A stretch of 64,000 nucleotides of DNA from Klebsiella phage KP13-26: the sequence record OP617743.1, one strand, 5' to 3'. Below are positions 15,735-25,864 of this stretch, piece after piece; within the stretch, counting starts at the first letter, position 1, and every line of letters starts with the position of its first letter. The notes beneath the pieces were generated by a model. That model was not told the origin of the DNA. It saw only the letters and a list, made by a program, of their open reading frames with translations, and ran no database searches. A program made the translations under genes and the position numbers.

Positions 15735-17306
15735 GTGACAGGAAAACGTAAATATACGAAAAAGTCGGATTACTGGAATAAAGGGCAGGTAAATAAAGCA
15801 GCCTTATCTCCAACACAATCTTTGGAGAAAGAAAAAAGTCTGGTACTCTCTCCTGAAATTGGTACTATTGGTCTTAATTCAATTAAGGCTTTCACTAATT
15901 TCATGCAGCCATATGAGACTCGTTTTCCAGAAAATATCCGTACCTTCAAAGAAATGGGGGAAGACCCAGATGTAGCTACCGCGTTAGATGCTACTTACAT
16001 CTTTGTAGATAGAGCATTCTTTGATTTTACTATTACAAGTAATGTAAATTCAAAAAAATCAAGACAAGCTGCAAAATTTGTAGATTATTGTCTGAGAAAT
16101 ATGAATGGGACATTAAGACAATATGTTAGATCTTTATTAACCTATAAACAGTTTGGTTTTGCTTTTGCAGAGAAAGTTTATGAACTTGATGAAGATCCGA
16201 AAAGCCCGTATTTTGGTTATTGGCGTATTGTTAAACTTGCATTCAGACCACAAGATACAATTGATCCAGTACAACCTTTCACTTATTCTGATGATGGTCG
16301 TACAATTCTTACAGTGAACCAGAATATCACTAATTCGATGCTTACCTCTGTAGGAAATATTAATCCTAATCTCATTGGGCGCAAAGAAATACCTATGAGT
16401 AAGGTTCTGTATCTGGGTACAAACATTACAGAAAATACTCCATTAGGAGTTAGTCCTCTACTGGCAGTTTACAGGTCTTGGCGTGAAAAATCTTTAATCC
16501 AAGAGTTTGAGGTTGTTGGTGTATCTAAAGACTTAGGCGGTATGCCCGTTCTATTAGTTCCTAGTGATATTCTAAATAGGGCATCATTAAACCCTGAAGG
16601 TGACGAAGCACAATCTCTCAGAGTGCTACAAGCCAACATAGCTAACCTACACGCAGGTGAGCAATCTTATATGGTTCTCCCTTCAGACATTTATGAAAAC
16701 ACCTCTATGCGTCAATATGACTTGCATTTCCAGGGCGTGGAAGGTAATGGTAAGCAATTTGATACACAAGCGCTAATAAAACAGCGTAAGTTAGATATTT
16801 ATAATAGATTTGGTGCTAGTGTTCTTATCATGGGAGATGGAGAGGGTGGTAGTTTTTCTCTTGCAGATAATAAACAAACACTTCTATCCCATTTTATAGA
16901 ACGTGATGTAGACATTATCACAGAAGCTTTAAACACTCAAGTAATTCCCCAACTATTACGCATGAACAACATATTTTTATCTGATGAAGATATGCCTAAG
17001 TTCAAGAGTAATGATATTGGTGATCCTGATCTTGAAGTCAATGCTAAAGCTATCCAGCAACTTGTTGCAGCAGGAGCAATACCATTAACACCACAGGTGT
17101 TAAACGAATTCTTTGAGATGTGTGGCCTATCTTATCGTATTCCTGATGATATTGTGGCTGACGAGGATAAGTTCCAAGAGTTCTTGGCAACATATATGCC
17201 TGATAAAACCTCAAGAGCCGGGGATGGATTAGCCGCAGGTGCTGGAAATGGAACATCTACAAGTGTATCTTCTTTAGACCCATCTGCTGCCAATTTATCA
17301 AATTAA
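15735..17306 (+). CDS. portal protein (putative)
   Basis: 523 aa with a GTG start, immediately after the terminase. Size and position are typical of portals. Confidence 0.45.
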   Translation: MTGKRKYTKKSDYWNKGQVNKAALSPTQSLEKEKSLVLSPEIGTIGLNSIKAFTNFMQPYETRFPENIRTFKEMGEDPDVATALDATYIFVDRAFFDFTITSNVNSKKSRQAAKFVDYCLRNMNGTLRQYVRSLLTYKQFGFAFAEKVYELDEDPKSPYFGYWRIVKLAFRPQDTIDPVQPFTYSDDGRTILTVNQNITNSMLTSVGNINPNLIGRKEIPMSKVLYLGTNITENTPLGVSPLLAVYRSWREKSLIQEFEVVGVSKDLGGMPVLLVPSDILNRASLNPEGDEAQSLRVLQANIANLHAGEQSYMVLPSDIYENTSMRQYDLHFQGVEGNGKQFDTQALIKQRKLDIYNRFGASVLIMGDGEGGSFSLADNKQTLLSHFIERDVDIITEALNTQVIPQLLRMNNIFLSDEDMPKFKSNDIGDPDLEVNAKAIQQLVAAGAIPLTPQVLNEFFEMCGLSYRIPDDIVADEDKFQEFLATYMPDKTSRAGDGLAAGAGNGTSTSVSSLDPSAANLSN

Positions 17307-17326
17307 AAAATTTTTTAAATTAGGTA

Positions 17327-17355
17327 TTGACAAATAAACAAATATCCTGTAGACT
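17327..17355 (+). promoter_or_regulatory. promoter TTGACA-N17-TAGACT
   Basis: ttgaca 17327-17332 and tagact 17350-17355. Confidence 0.45.
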
Positions 17356-17391
17356 AAGACTTATGGGATATTTGTTTTTATAAGGAACATT

Positions 17392-17871
17392 ATGGAACTT
17401 AATAAAGACTCTCTTTGGGAACTATTTAAAGCGTTCAGCGGAACGAAAGATACTCCCCAATCTCAACAAGATTCTACTCCAGAAGAAACACCTGCGCAAG
17501 TCATTAAACAAAATAAATTTGATGAAGAAAAAATGCAGGTTATCGAAGTAATGTACTGTCCACCTGAATACGATGACCTACATGGTGAACGTATGTCTGA
17601 TCTTGAGATTAGAAAAATGGTTGACAACTTTAATCAAAATATTTCCAATGTTAGTGGTAATTTAGGCCATATTAAAAATACAGACAAATTTAAACCTGTT
17701 AAAGCATGGGTAAATGAAGTGGACTGTTATATTGGAGATGAGTTTGTGGTTGAAGGTACACCACTCGTCAAAATACAATTCTACGATCCAGAACTATATC
17801 AAGCAAGAAAAGATGGTATTCTTAAAGGTTTGAGTATTGGTGCAATGGGTAGAATAGTTAAGAAGGATTAA
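17392..17871 (+). CDS. hypothetical head-module protein
   Basis: 159-aa ORF between portal and scaffold. Confidence 0.3.
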   Translation: MELNKDSLWELFKAFSGTKDTPQSQQDSTPEETPAQVIKQNKFDEEKMQVIEVMYCPPEYDDLHGERMSDLEIRKMVDNFNQNISNVSGNLGHIKNTDKFKPVKAWVNEVDCYIGDEFVVEGTPLVKIQFYDPELYQARKDGILKGLSIGAMGRIVKKD

Positions 17872-17873
17872 AC

Positions 17874-19001
17874 GTGGCACATACATATTTAGCTGACGTA
17901 GACTTTTCGGGTAAAGCTACGGAAGACTCATGCGGAGCGCACATCGCATATACCTTCGATTTCCAAGGTGGTGCAGCTTCTGGCTTTAATACCCCTCTAT
18001 TATTTAAGTCTGGTGATAAACCAGATATCAGTTTAGAAAAACTGAAAGCTCTAGAAGATATGGGCGAAGACGTTACTGAATTACGCAAATCCTATTTCGG
18101 ACAGTTAATGACTCTCCTGAATGAAGCCGTTCGTGAAAAATACGAAATGGGTTGGGATTGGGTATATGTTGTTGATGCTGATTTCGATAACGGTATTGTT
18201 ATTTTCTGTAGTGATTACGGAATGTTCTCTACTGATTTTACTATTAACGGACTACTTGTAGAAGTAGGTGACGTTGCAAATCCAGTAGTTCAGACAACAG
18301 ATTACCAAGTAGTTGAAGGTGATGTTTTAGTATCTGTAGACTTCTTTGATAACTTAATTGATGATGCTTTAGGTAGCCTTGTTAAAGGTGCTTTAAAACA
18401 TGCACATGTTAAAGATTATCTGGTGAAAGCTCATTCAGCTCGCACCAATAACAACTCTGTGATTGCAGAGGATCACCCAGCAGAAGACAATAAACAATCA
18501 TCTGCAAACACAAATGAACTAAATAAAGGAGATACCCCTTTGGATAATATTAACAAAGAAGAATTCCTGAAATCTGCTGAATTCCAAGATCTGATTAAAG
18601 CCCAGATTGCAGAAGCAGTAGAAAAAGCAGCCGCTGATGCTAAAGCTCAGGCTCAGGCTGAAGCTCAGGAAGAAATTCAAAAAGCACGTGCTCAGGCTGA
18701 AGAACTATTAAAAGCAGAAGCCGCTCGTATCGAAAATGACTACACTCTAGTTATCAAATCTTACGAATTCGTAGAAGAAGATAAAGTAGAAACTCTCGTA
18801 AAATACCTTATTGAAAATAACGAAGTTGCAGAAACTGTAGTTAAAGCTTTCAGTAAAGCTCGTGAAGAAATTGAAGCAGTTAAGAAAGAGTTTGGCAAAG
18901 AGATTGGGGTAGAAGCTTCTAATCCTGAACTGGTTGCTAAAAGTGCTTCTGAACTCATTCAGCAAAAAGCTAACCTTCTGAAACAACACGCCCAGAAATA
19001 A
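17874..19001 (+). CDS. scaffolding-like protein
   Basis: 375 aa with a long A/E/K/Q-rich coiled coil (AEAVEKAAADAKAQAQAEAQEE...), located before the capsid gene. Confidence 0.4.
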   Translation: MAHTYLADVDFSGKATEDSCGAHIAYTFDFQGGAASGFNTPLLFKSGDKPDISLEKLKALEDMGEDVTELRKSYFGQLMTLLNEAVREKYEMGWDWVYVVDADFDNGIVIFCSDYGMFSTDFTINGLLVEVGDVANPVVQTTDYQVVEGDVLVSVDFFDNLIDDALGSLVKGALKHAHVKDYLVKAHSARTNNNSVIAEDHPAEDNKQSSANTNELNKGDTPLDNINKEEFLKSAEFQDLIKAQIAEAVEKAAADAKAQAQAEAQEEIQKARAQAEELLKAEAARIENDYTLVIKSYEFVEEDKVETLVKYLIENNEVAETVVKAFSKAREEIEAVKKEFGKEIGVEASNPELVAKSASELIQQKANLLKQHAQK

Positions 19002-19019
19002 TCTTAGGAGATTTAATTA

Positions 19020-19412
19020 ATGGCAACAGGAATTACATTACAAAACTACCGCCAGGAATTCGGATTCCTAGTTCTGGGTGGTGTATTTAGCTCTGACCTT
19101 GGACATTGCGTTCGTGAAATCAACCTTGTTAAAACTGCTACCATGCGTATCGGTTCTGTACTTGGTGCAGATAACACTGAAGCTGCAAGCGCTGCTGATG
19201 CTGTAAAAGTTCTGCTTTGGACTGATGCACTATTCAGTATTGACGATGTAGCAGTTGGTGAAACATTTACAGCAGTTGTTGGTGTTCGCGATCTAACTCT
19301 TAACCGTTTTGCAGTTTATTACAGCAATGGTTCTCTGATTGACGATGCTGGTGTCGCCGCTCTCGAAACTCATGATCTGAAACTGACTGAAAAAGTCGTT
19401 TTCACTTCTTAA
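19020..19412 (+). CDS. hypothetical head protein
   Basis: 130-aa ORF with RBS, between scaffold and capsid. Confidence 0.3.
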   Translation: MATGITLQNYRQEFGFLVLGGVFSSDLGHCVREINLVKTATMRIGSVLGADNTEAASAADAVKVLLWTDALFSIDDVAVGETFTAVVGVRDLTLNRFAVYYSNGSLIDDAGVAALETHDLKLTEKVVFTS

Positions 19413-19436
19413 TTATTATTATAAAGGAGATTTTAC

Positions 19437-20438
19437 ATGCCAGCTATTATTCTGGATCAGGTTGTTGACTTTAGCCCAATGATTGAGCTACAGGACTCTC
19501 CTGACACTCTTATTTCAAGTTTAGGTCTGTTCGACACTTACTATCACCAAACTACCGCTATTGAAATCGGTAAAGAGAAAGTGAATGACGGACTGATCCC
19601 AGCACGTGAACGTGGCGGGGAACGTAACTTCCTTACTATGGCTCAGCCAACTGTTAAAGTATTCCGTATTCCGTTCTTCCCTCTGGATAAGAACATCAAA
19701 GCACAAGACATTCAGTCCTTCCGTAGCTTCGCTATGGCTGGTATTAATGATCAACTGCGTACTGAAGCGGAAGTTGTTAACCGTTACATGGCTCAAATCC
19801 TGCGTGACGTTGCTAAAACAAAAGAAACCATCTTCGCAAATGCTGTAATGGGTACTGCTTATGTCGGTACTGATGGTAGCGTAAACTCAGCGTACAACTG
19901 GTACACTGAATGGGGCGCAACTCAGAAAGTTGTACCGATTGATTTCGCGTCAACTACTGTTTCTCCAGCAGCAACTGTTGAAGCAGAAGCTCGTGCTTAT
20001 ATCATTGATACAAAGCAAGACGGTTCTACTGCAACTCGTATCGTTGCACTGTGTTCACGCGAATTCTTCGCGTCTCTGGTGAACTCTCCATTCGTTCGTC
20101 AGGCGTATCAGTACTACCAAGGTACTCCTAACCTGCTACGCGACCGTCTAAGCGGTAATATGGACGTTCAGGTATTCGAGTGGAATGGTGTTACTTATAT
20201 TGAAGATATCCACGGTAACATTCCTGCTGGTGAAGCATATGTTCTACCAATGGGTATTGCAGATATGTTCCAAGCGCACTACGCGCCAGCAGACACTCCA
20301 GAGCTAGCCAACACTGTGGCTCGTGAACTGTATACCTTCATGGTTTCAGAACACCGTCAAGTTCAGCTTCAGTCTGAATTCTCACTTCTGGCTGTTAACA
20401 CTCGTCCAGAACTGGTTGTTCGTCTGACCACTGCTTAA
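19437..20438 (+). CDS. major capsid protein (putative)
   Basis: 333 aa with RBS aaaggagattttacATG, followed by a strong terminator. Position after the scaffold. Confidence 0.5.
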   Translation: MPAIILDQVVDFSPMIELQDSPDTLISSLGLFDTYYHQTTAIEIGKEKVNDGLIPARERGGERNFLTMAQPTVKVFRIPFFPLDKNIKAQDIQSFRSFAMAGINDQLRTEAEVVNRYMAQILRDVAKTKETIFANAVMGTAYVGTDGSVNSAYNWYTEWGATQKVVPIDFASTTVSPAATVEAEARAYIIDTKQDGSTATRIVALCSREFFASLVNSPFVRQAYQYYQGTPNLLRDRLSGNMDVQVFEWNGVTYIEDIHGNIPAGEAYVLPMGIADMFQAHYAPADTPELANTVARELYTFMVSEHRQVQLQSEFSLLAVNTRPELVVRLTTA

Positions 20439-20454
20439 TCCTAACGGATGATAA

Positions 20455-20486
20455 AAAGCCTGCCCCTTGCGGGTGGGCTTTTTTGT
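20455..20486 (+). terminator. rho-independent terminator
   Basis: GC-rich hairpin agcctgcccc-ttgc-gggtgggct followed by tttttt. Confidence 0.65.
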
Positions 20487-20517
20487 TATAATAAGACTAT
20501 AATACGAGGAGAACCGT

Positions 20518-20877
20518 ATGTCAAATCCAACTGTAAAAACTTATTTTAGTTACCATGAAATGGTGAAAGATTTCTCAGAGCTTGCTTCTAACTTAGATTT
20601 TGAGAAAACACTAACCACTGCACCTCCTATGTCTTTTTATACTAAAGATGGTCGTGTGGCTCTAGGTGGAAATTTTATTCACTTCTTAACTCGTCTAAGA
20701 GAAGAAACAGGACTGAAAGTAAATCCTTTTGGAAGTGAAGAACAGAGAGGCTTCTTTTTAGTAAGCTATGAAGATTATGCGCCTGTTCAGAATGAAAAAC
20801 AAGAAGTTTTAGAAGTAAAAGTAGTAGATACGCCAGCTAAGAAAAGATCTCAGCGTTCCACCCCTTCACAGAAATAA
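20518..20877 (+). CDS. hypothetical protein
   Basis: ORF with RBS cgaggagaaccgtATG. Confidence 0.3.
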   Translation: MSNPTVKTYFSYHEMVKDFSELASNLDFEKTLTTAPPMSFYTKDGRVALGGNFIHFLTRLREETGLKVNPFGSEEQRGFFLVSYEDYAPVQNEKQEVLEVKVVDTPAKKRSQRSTPSQK

Positions 20878-20886
20878 GGAGCATCT

Positions 20887-21435
20887 ATGTTAGTAGCTGC
20901 TGATTTAGTTCCTATGATACGCATACTTGTGTTCAATCCCTCACAAGAAGTTCTTCCTGATGAGATAGTTGAACAGATAATTCAAACATGGATTGATATT
21001 ATAGGTAACAATGATAGTAATAAGTGTGCAGTGCTATGGAATAGTTTAATTTCCGTTCTTGAATATCTTTGGAACACTGATCTATTAAATCACAACGACC
21101 AAACTGGCGGGGCTATCTCTAGGAAAGAGAAAGTTGGTGAAATACAAGTAGAAGTAGTGTTCAGCAATGGGCAATCAGAATACCATTCACCTTGGGAGGA
21201 TATCTATAACGGGTATCTGAATGGAGACATGATGATCCCTGGTTGTGCATCTGGACGAGGTGTTACAAGTAAAATTCTCGTTGGTGGTGTAGATGCCAGA
21301 GAAATCGAACGTGTAAATAGTGATCCTAATTCTGTAAATGGTTTAGGTGGTGTTGCTAGTGTAGATAGAAATACTAGAAATATTAATTATCTAAGAAACT
21401 ATGGCCCAGTAGGATTTTATAGAAGAGATAGGTAA
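20887..21435 (+). CDS. hypothetical head/tail-joining protein
   Basis: Tightly packed ORF in the morphogenesis operon. Confidence 0.3.
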   Translation: MLVAADLVPMIRILVFNPSQEVLPDEIVEQIIQTWIDIIGNNDSNKCAVLWNSLISVLEYLWNTDLLNHNDQTGGAISRKEKVGEIQVEVVFSNGQSEYHSPWEDIYNGYLNGDMMIPGCASGRGVTSKILVGGVDAREIERVNSDPNSVNGLGGVASVDRNTRNINYLRNYGPVGFYRRDR

Positions 21436-21923
21436 TGAAAAGTGAGATCACAAAAGGAGACGATATGTCTCTTGATGAGTATTTTAAAAAAATATTAGCT
21501 TTAGATAATATTGAGATAGACGCAGGCTATCTAACTCCAAAGAAACATCCTGAAACTGATCTCACTCTTCCTGCCATTGCAGCTATTCAGCAATTCGGCA
21601 GTGATACTAACAATACTCCAGCAAGGCCGTTTTTAACGGACGGAGCACTACATGCAAGTAAAGAAATACCTAAGTTATGGACTACAGTGTTCAGAGATTA
21701 CTTATTACACGGAAAAGGTTTGGCAGCATTTGAACCTGTAGCAAAAGCTTCCCGAGAAGGTATTGCCCAAGCAATTGCGTTACAAAGATATCGTCCACTA
21801 TCTCCTGTAACTCTTAAAATACGTCAAGATAAAGGTAACTATTCTACTCACATACTTATTGATAGTGGTCACTTAATAAACGGTATTGAAACTAAAGTTA
21901 CTCGTAGACGTTCTAAAAAATAA
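21435..21923 (+). CDS. hypothetical head/tail-joining protein
   Basis: Start overlaps the upstream stop (ATGA). Confidence 0.3.
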   Translation: MKSEITKGDDMSLDEYFKKILALDNIEIDAGYLTPKKHPETDLTLPAIAAIQQFGSDTNNTPARPFLTDGALHASKEIPKLWTTVFRDYLLHGKGLAAFEPVAKASREGIAQAIALQRYRPLSPVTLKIRQDKGNYSTHILIDSGHLINGIETKVTRRRSKK

Positions 21924-21944
21924 CTTGCAATTAGTTAATTTTTA

Positions 21945-22385
21945 ATGTATACTAAAAAGGAGATACAAATGCTATTAGATAATTTTACTCTCCTTGATCT
22001 CACCACTTATCAAGGGCGAAGAAGAACATATGTGAAAAGTTCCACATCTGTTTTTGGTAATATGGATAATTCTATTCAGTATACCACATTTAACATAGAA
22101 ACAGCCAGCTTGCAACCTATATCAGGAAAAACTTTACAGGCACTACCTGAAGGATATAGATCTAAAGCTCAATACAGCTTCTGGACAAAAACAGAGATAC
22201 ATGGTATTCAGCAGGGAACAGATCAGTTACCAGACCAGATTTTAATAGATGGTTTATGGTATTCTATTTATGCTCTTAAAGATTGGACAAGAACCTCCTT
22301 TTTAATTCATTGTCACTGTGTGGCTATCCTAGATGACCAAAATAATACTTGGTCTTATGAAAAGGAAGGTGGTAACTTTGGCTAG
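21945..22385 (+). CDS. hypothetical protein
   Basis: ORF with RBS aaaaggagatacaaATG. Confidence 0.3.
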   Translation: MYTKKEIQMLLDNFTLLDLTTYQGRRRTYVKSSTSVFGNMDNSIQYTTFNIETASLQPISGKTLQALPEGYRSKAQYSFWTKTEIHGIQQGTDQLPDQILIDGLWYSIYALKDWTRTSFLIHCHCVAILDDQNNTWSYEKEGGNFG

Positions 22386-23043
22386 TATCTATGAACAAAT
22401 AGAAGCATATGAAAACAATATTCTTGAAAATATTGGGGCTTTTATTAGTAGACTTGTAGGCTTACCTGTTTTTTTAATGGATAAACCATTTATAAAACCA
22501 GACGGGCCTTATTTAGCATTACGGATTGTATCATCCGACGATTCTAATGGTTGGTCTCAAAAATTTTCTTTTGAGAACGATATGTTTTCCTACTTAATGG
22601 ATAATAAGTATGACATCGAATTACTAGCTTGTCGTGGAAGACCTGTCACATTACTAACCTATGTTCTTGCAGCCTTACGCGGTGCAGATGAACTAAAATA
22701 CCAATATCTTTATTCCAAAGGAGTTAGTTTCCTATCCGCAACAAATGTAGCTCAAGCTAATACAATTTTAGATGGGGATAAGACAGAGCCTAGGGCAAGA
22801 ATATTCTTAACATTTAATACAACAATGGTTATTGAGGATTTAGCTACTACAGAAGTAGAGCAGGTAGATCTAACAGTCACCTCATATCGTACTAGTTATG
22901 AAGATCCTACACCTTTGAGTTTGTCCCTAGATCTAGTGAACATTTATGCAGGAGTTTTGGAATCCTCTGATGCCGTATACTCATTTGTAAATAAGGACGG
23001 ACTCCCTAAAAACACATCATCTACGTGGTGGAATAACTCTTAA
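22357..23043 (+). CDS. hypothetical protein
   Basis: The track ORF is 22333..23043. ATG 22357 is the likelier start. Confidence 0.3.
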   Translation: MKRKVVTLASIYEQIEAYENNILENIGAFISRLVGLPVFLMDKPFIKPDGPYLALRIVSSDDSNGWSQKFSFENDMFSYLMDNKYDIELLACRGRPVTLLTYVLAALRGADELKYQYLYSKGVSFLSATNVAQANTILDGDKTEPRARIFLTFNTTMVIEDLATTEVEQVDLTVTSYRTSYEDPTPLSLSLDLVNIYAGVLESSDAVYSFVNKDGLPKNTSSTWWNNS

Positions 23044-23120
23044 GAGTACATCATAAGATTAAATAACCTTTATCCATGTGGATAATTTTTCTAAGACCAA
23101 AGTTTCTAACAGGAGCATAA

Positions 23121-24527
23121 ATGGCAACTTTTCGTGATAAGGTAGTTTCCGTTACTCTAACTTACGGCGCTACTTCAATCAGTGAAACACAATTTGATAT
23201 CCCTCTAATTCTTACAGGGCATAACGTCACTGATAATCTTGTAGATTACTTTACTTCAACCGATGCATTACTAGCCGCAGGTTTTAGTACAAGTGATCCA
23301 GCCTATAAAATGGCTAAACTATTATTTGATGGCTTGTTTAAACCACAGCAAGTAATGATTGGTAAACGTGAAGTAAGTACTTTTACTTTCACCCCTACTG
23401 TTGTTAATGGTGCGACCTACACAGTCACTATTAAAGCAGGACAAAATTCAAAAGATTTTACTTTTGTTGCAGATACTTCCGCTACTGCCCAAGAGATTGT
23501 AGTAGGATTAACAGATCTCATTAATGCAGATTCTACATACAGTGCGTATTTCACTGTAGCAAATGATGGTGCTGTTATTACCTTTACCCCGGTAGTTGGT
23601 AAACTAGCAACAGTTTCTGCAAGTGGCTTAACAGGAACAGTAGCATATGCAAATGATATCTCAGAAGATATTACCGCTATTGCAGATGCAGATAACTCCT
23701 GGTTCTGGTTACTGTCAGATTCCCACGCTGACCAAGACATTATTGACTTGGCAGGTTATGTAGAAGAACATGATAAAGTTTATTTCTTCTCTAGCTCAGA
23801 TACAGCTATAACTACCAATGCTGAAGGAAACGTTCTCAAACGTCTTGGTAATATGGGTTATAATAACACCAGCATGGCATTGTGGATGACTACCGCAGAT
23901 TCTGTATTCCCAGAGGCGGCTGTAGTTGGTAGTATTTGTTCTGCTCAACCAGGTGTTACAACCTTACATGGTAAAACTCTTGTTGGTATTGAACTAGAAA
24001 AACTTAGCACTACCGCTGAGAACTACATTGTTCAGCAGAACGGAAACATCTATCGTAAAGAGCATGGGACATTGTTCTATCGTGATGGATTTATGGTTAG
24101 TGGTTTCTATGCTGACTATATTGTTCATGCGCTGTGGTTCAAAGCACGTGTAGATGAATCCCTGTTCGCCCTATTCAAGCAACAATCCATGATGGGTTCA
24201 GGTGTTCGTGCAACTTCTGCTGGTTTAGCATTGATTCGTCAAGCCGTTACCGCTAACCCAATTCAAGTAGGTATTCTGAATGGTACTATTGCTAACGAAA
24301 TTGTTACTTCAGAAGAAACAGGTCAATTAGTAAGTTTAAAACCTACTGTCTATATCCCTTCTCGTGCAGATATGACTGATGCTCAAATCAATCAACGTCT
24401 GGTCGATGGAATGGTTATTGAATATGTCTACGCTGGGTTCTTCCACTATGTCAAAGTACAGGTCAACGTATTGACCAATCGTACTTCGAGCAGTACTACT
24501 AGCAATAGCAGCACAACATCTTCATAA
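23121..24527 (+). CDS. tail sheath-like / major tail protein (putative)
   Basis: 468 aa with RBS aacaggagcataaATG, upstream of a tube-sized gene and chaperones. Confidence 0.35.
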   Translation: MATFRDKVVSVTLTYGATSISETQFDIPLILTGHNVTDNLVDYFTSTDALLAAGFSTSDPAYKMAKLLFDGLFKPQQVMIGKREVSTFTFTPTVVNGATYTVTIKAGQNSKDFTFVADTSATAQEIVVGLTDLINADSTYSAYFTVANDGAVITFTPVVGKLATVSASGLTGTVAYANDISEDITAIADADNSWFWLLSDSHADQDIIDLAGYVEEHDKVYFFSSSDTAITTNAEGNVLKRLGNMGYNNTSMALWMTTADSVFPEAAVVGSICSAQPGVTTLHGKTLVGIELEKLSTTAENYIVQQNGNIYRKEHGTLFYRDGFMVSGFYADYIVHALWFKARVDESLFALFKQQSMMGSGVRATSAGLALIRQAVTANPIQVGILNGTIANEIVTSEETGQLVSLKPTVYIPSRADMTDAQINQRLVDGMVIEYVYAGFFHYVKVQVNVLTNRTSSSTTSNSSTTSS

Positions 24528-24533
24528 TTAAAA

Positions 24534-24549
24534 GCGGGGGAAACCCCGC
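24534..24549 (+). promoter_or_regulatory. intercistronic GNRA-tetraloop hairpin (gcgggg-gaaa-ccccgc)
   Basis: Placed between a stop codon and the next RBS. Same architecture as the four minus-strand copies. Confidence 0.4.
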
Positions 24550-24575
24550 ATGAATGTAAATAAAGGAGATCCACT

Positions 24576-25055
24576 TTGGATAAAATGCTTACTGGCATCT
24601 ATGCTTACGACCCTTCCCAGGTGATTCTATCTCTTGGTGGATGGGAGCCGTGGGGGTTTGCCGCAGACACTAAGATCGTTATTTCTAAAAGTAATGATAT
24701 CATCAACCCATATTCTGGTACTGATGGAGATGTTTCACTAGCACTTAGTCGTAACCGTCTAGGTACTCTAACTATGTCGCTACAACGTACATCACCAGCC
24801 AACGAAGTTCTTTCTGCCTATGCACAGACTATGTATTCAACTCGCCAAGTTGCATTCTCAGTCTATCTGGAAGATCCTCGTGGGTACTATATTTCTACCA
24901 TCGGATGGATTCAAAGTCAACCTGATGACACCATTGGAGAAACAATTCAAGAGAACCAATGGGTAATTGGTCTTAAAGATGCAAGCCTGCTTCGTTCAGC
25001 AGTAGGTGCTGGAGTTAACGTACTTAACTCAATTACAGCTCTAACTATTCAGTAA
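24576..25055 (+). CDS. tail tube-like protein (putative)
   Basis: 159 aa with a TTG start after aaggag. Followed by the terminator-like hairpin aagggca-gaaa-tgccctt plus a T-run. Confidence 0.35.
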   Translation: MDKMLTGIYAYDPSQVILSLGGWEPWGFAADTKIVISKSNDIINPYSGTDGDVSLALSRNRLGTLTMSLQRTSPANEVLSAYAQTMYSTRQVAFSVYLEDPRGYYISTIGWIQSQPDDTIGETIQENQWVIGLKDASLLRSAVGAGVNVLNSITALTIQ

Positions 25056-25058
25056 TAT

Positions 25059-25084
25059 AAAGGGCAGAAATGCCCTTTTCTTTT
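25059..25084 (+). terminator. terminator (GAAA-loop hairpin plus T-run)
   Basis: aagggca-gaaa-tgccctt-ttctttt. Confidence 0.55.
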
Positions 25085-25097
25085 AAGAGAGGAAATA

Positions 25098-25577
25098 ATG
25101 GAACAAAAAGATAATACAATTCAAAAATTCGCACGTCCAGAAGTTATGGTTGATATTCCATTGGAAGAAGGACGTTTCGCAACATTTCGAATTTTAAAGT
25201 GGAATCCTACTAAAGTATTTGAAAGGATTCCTGAACTAGGTAGTGTGTTAGCTGTGCCTATGGTTATGTATGATACAGCAGCTATGTCAGCAGACGAAGA
25301 TTTAGAACCTCGTATTGCAATGGCTTTGATTCAACTGTTTTCTGGTTTAGAAGAAAAAAATCTAGCTAACTTTCTAAAGAAAATTCTAGATGAAGTTTAC
25401 ACAGAATCAGGTCATAATGTATCTGAAAACTTTGATGAATTATTTTTCGCACACCCTGAACTCGTTATTGACTTGACAGCTAAAGTTCTTGAGGTGAACT
25501 ATGGCCCTTTTTTCAAACGCGGTTTCGGCAAACTGTTGACCCAATTCAAAGGAATAGAGAGCCTGGTACAGAGTTAA
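25098..25577 (+). CDS. tail assembly chaperone (putative)
   Basis: Acidic 159-aa protein between the tube and tape-measure genes. Confidence 0.35.
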   Translation: MEQKDNTIQKFARPEVMVDIPLEEGRFATFRILKWNPTKVFERIPELGSVLAVPMVMYDTAAMSADEDLEPRIAMALIQLFSGLEEKNLANFLKKILDEVYTESGHNVSENFDELFFAHPELVIDLTAKVLEVNYGPFFKRGFGKLLTQFKGIESLVQS

Positions 25578-25618
25578 GCCCAGCTATTGAACATGCAATA
25601 CAAATAGCATCGCAAACT

Positions 25619-25852
25619 ATGAGTTTAACATGGTATGAAGTAATTCTTTGTAAGGTAGTTAAAAATACGTCAGAAACCTTATCTACATTAGATAATTATG
25701 GTGTAGATTATTTATTAAAACTATACGAATATCTATCTTTTGAAGAATATGTTGATGCTATGTACCACAAAGATGTTGATATAAAGAAAGGGCAACAAAA
25801 AACAGTACAAGAGTTAGATAAAGCTCTCAAAAAGATGATTCCAGCAGAATAA
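25619..25852 (+). CDS. second tail chaperone-like ORF
   Basis: Small ORF just before the tape-measure gene. Confidence 0.3.
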   Translation: MSLTWYEVILCKVVKNTSETLSTLDNYGVDYLLKLYEYLSFEEYVDAMYHKDVDIKKGQQKTVQELDKALKKMIPAE

Positions 25853-25864
25853 CGGAGAACTCCC

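Noticed and set aside
25098-25852. Programmed -1 frameshift between the two tail chaperone ORFs
   Set aside because: The ORFs are separated by ~40 nt and do not overlap. No slippery heptamer is evident at the 3' end of the first ORF, so a G/GT-type frameshift is not supported here.
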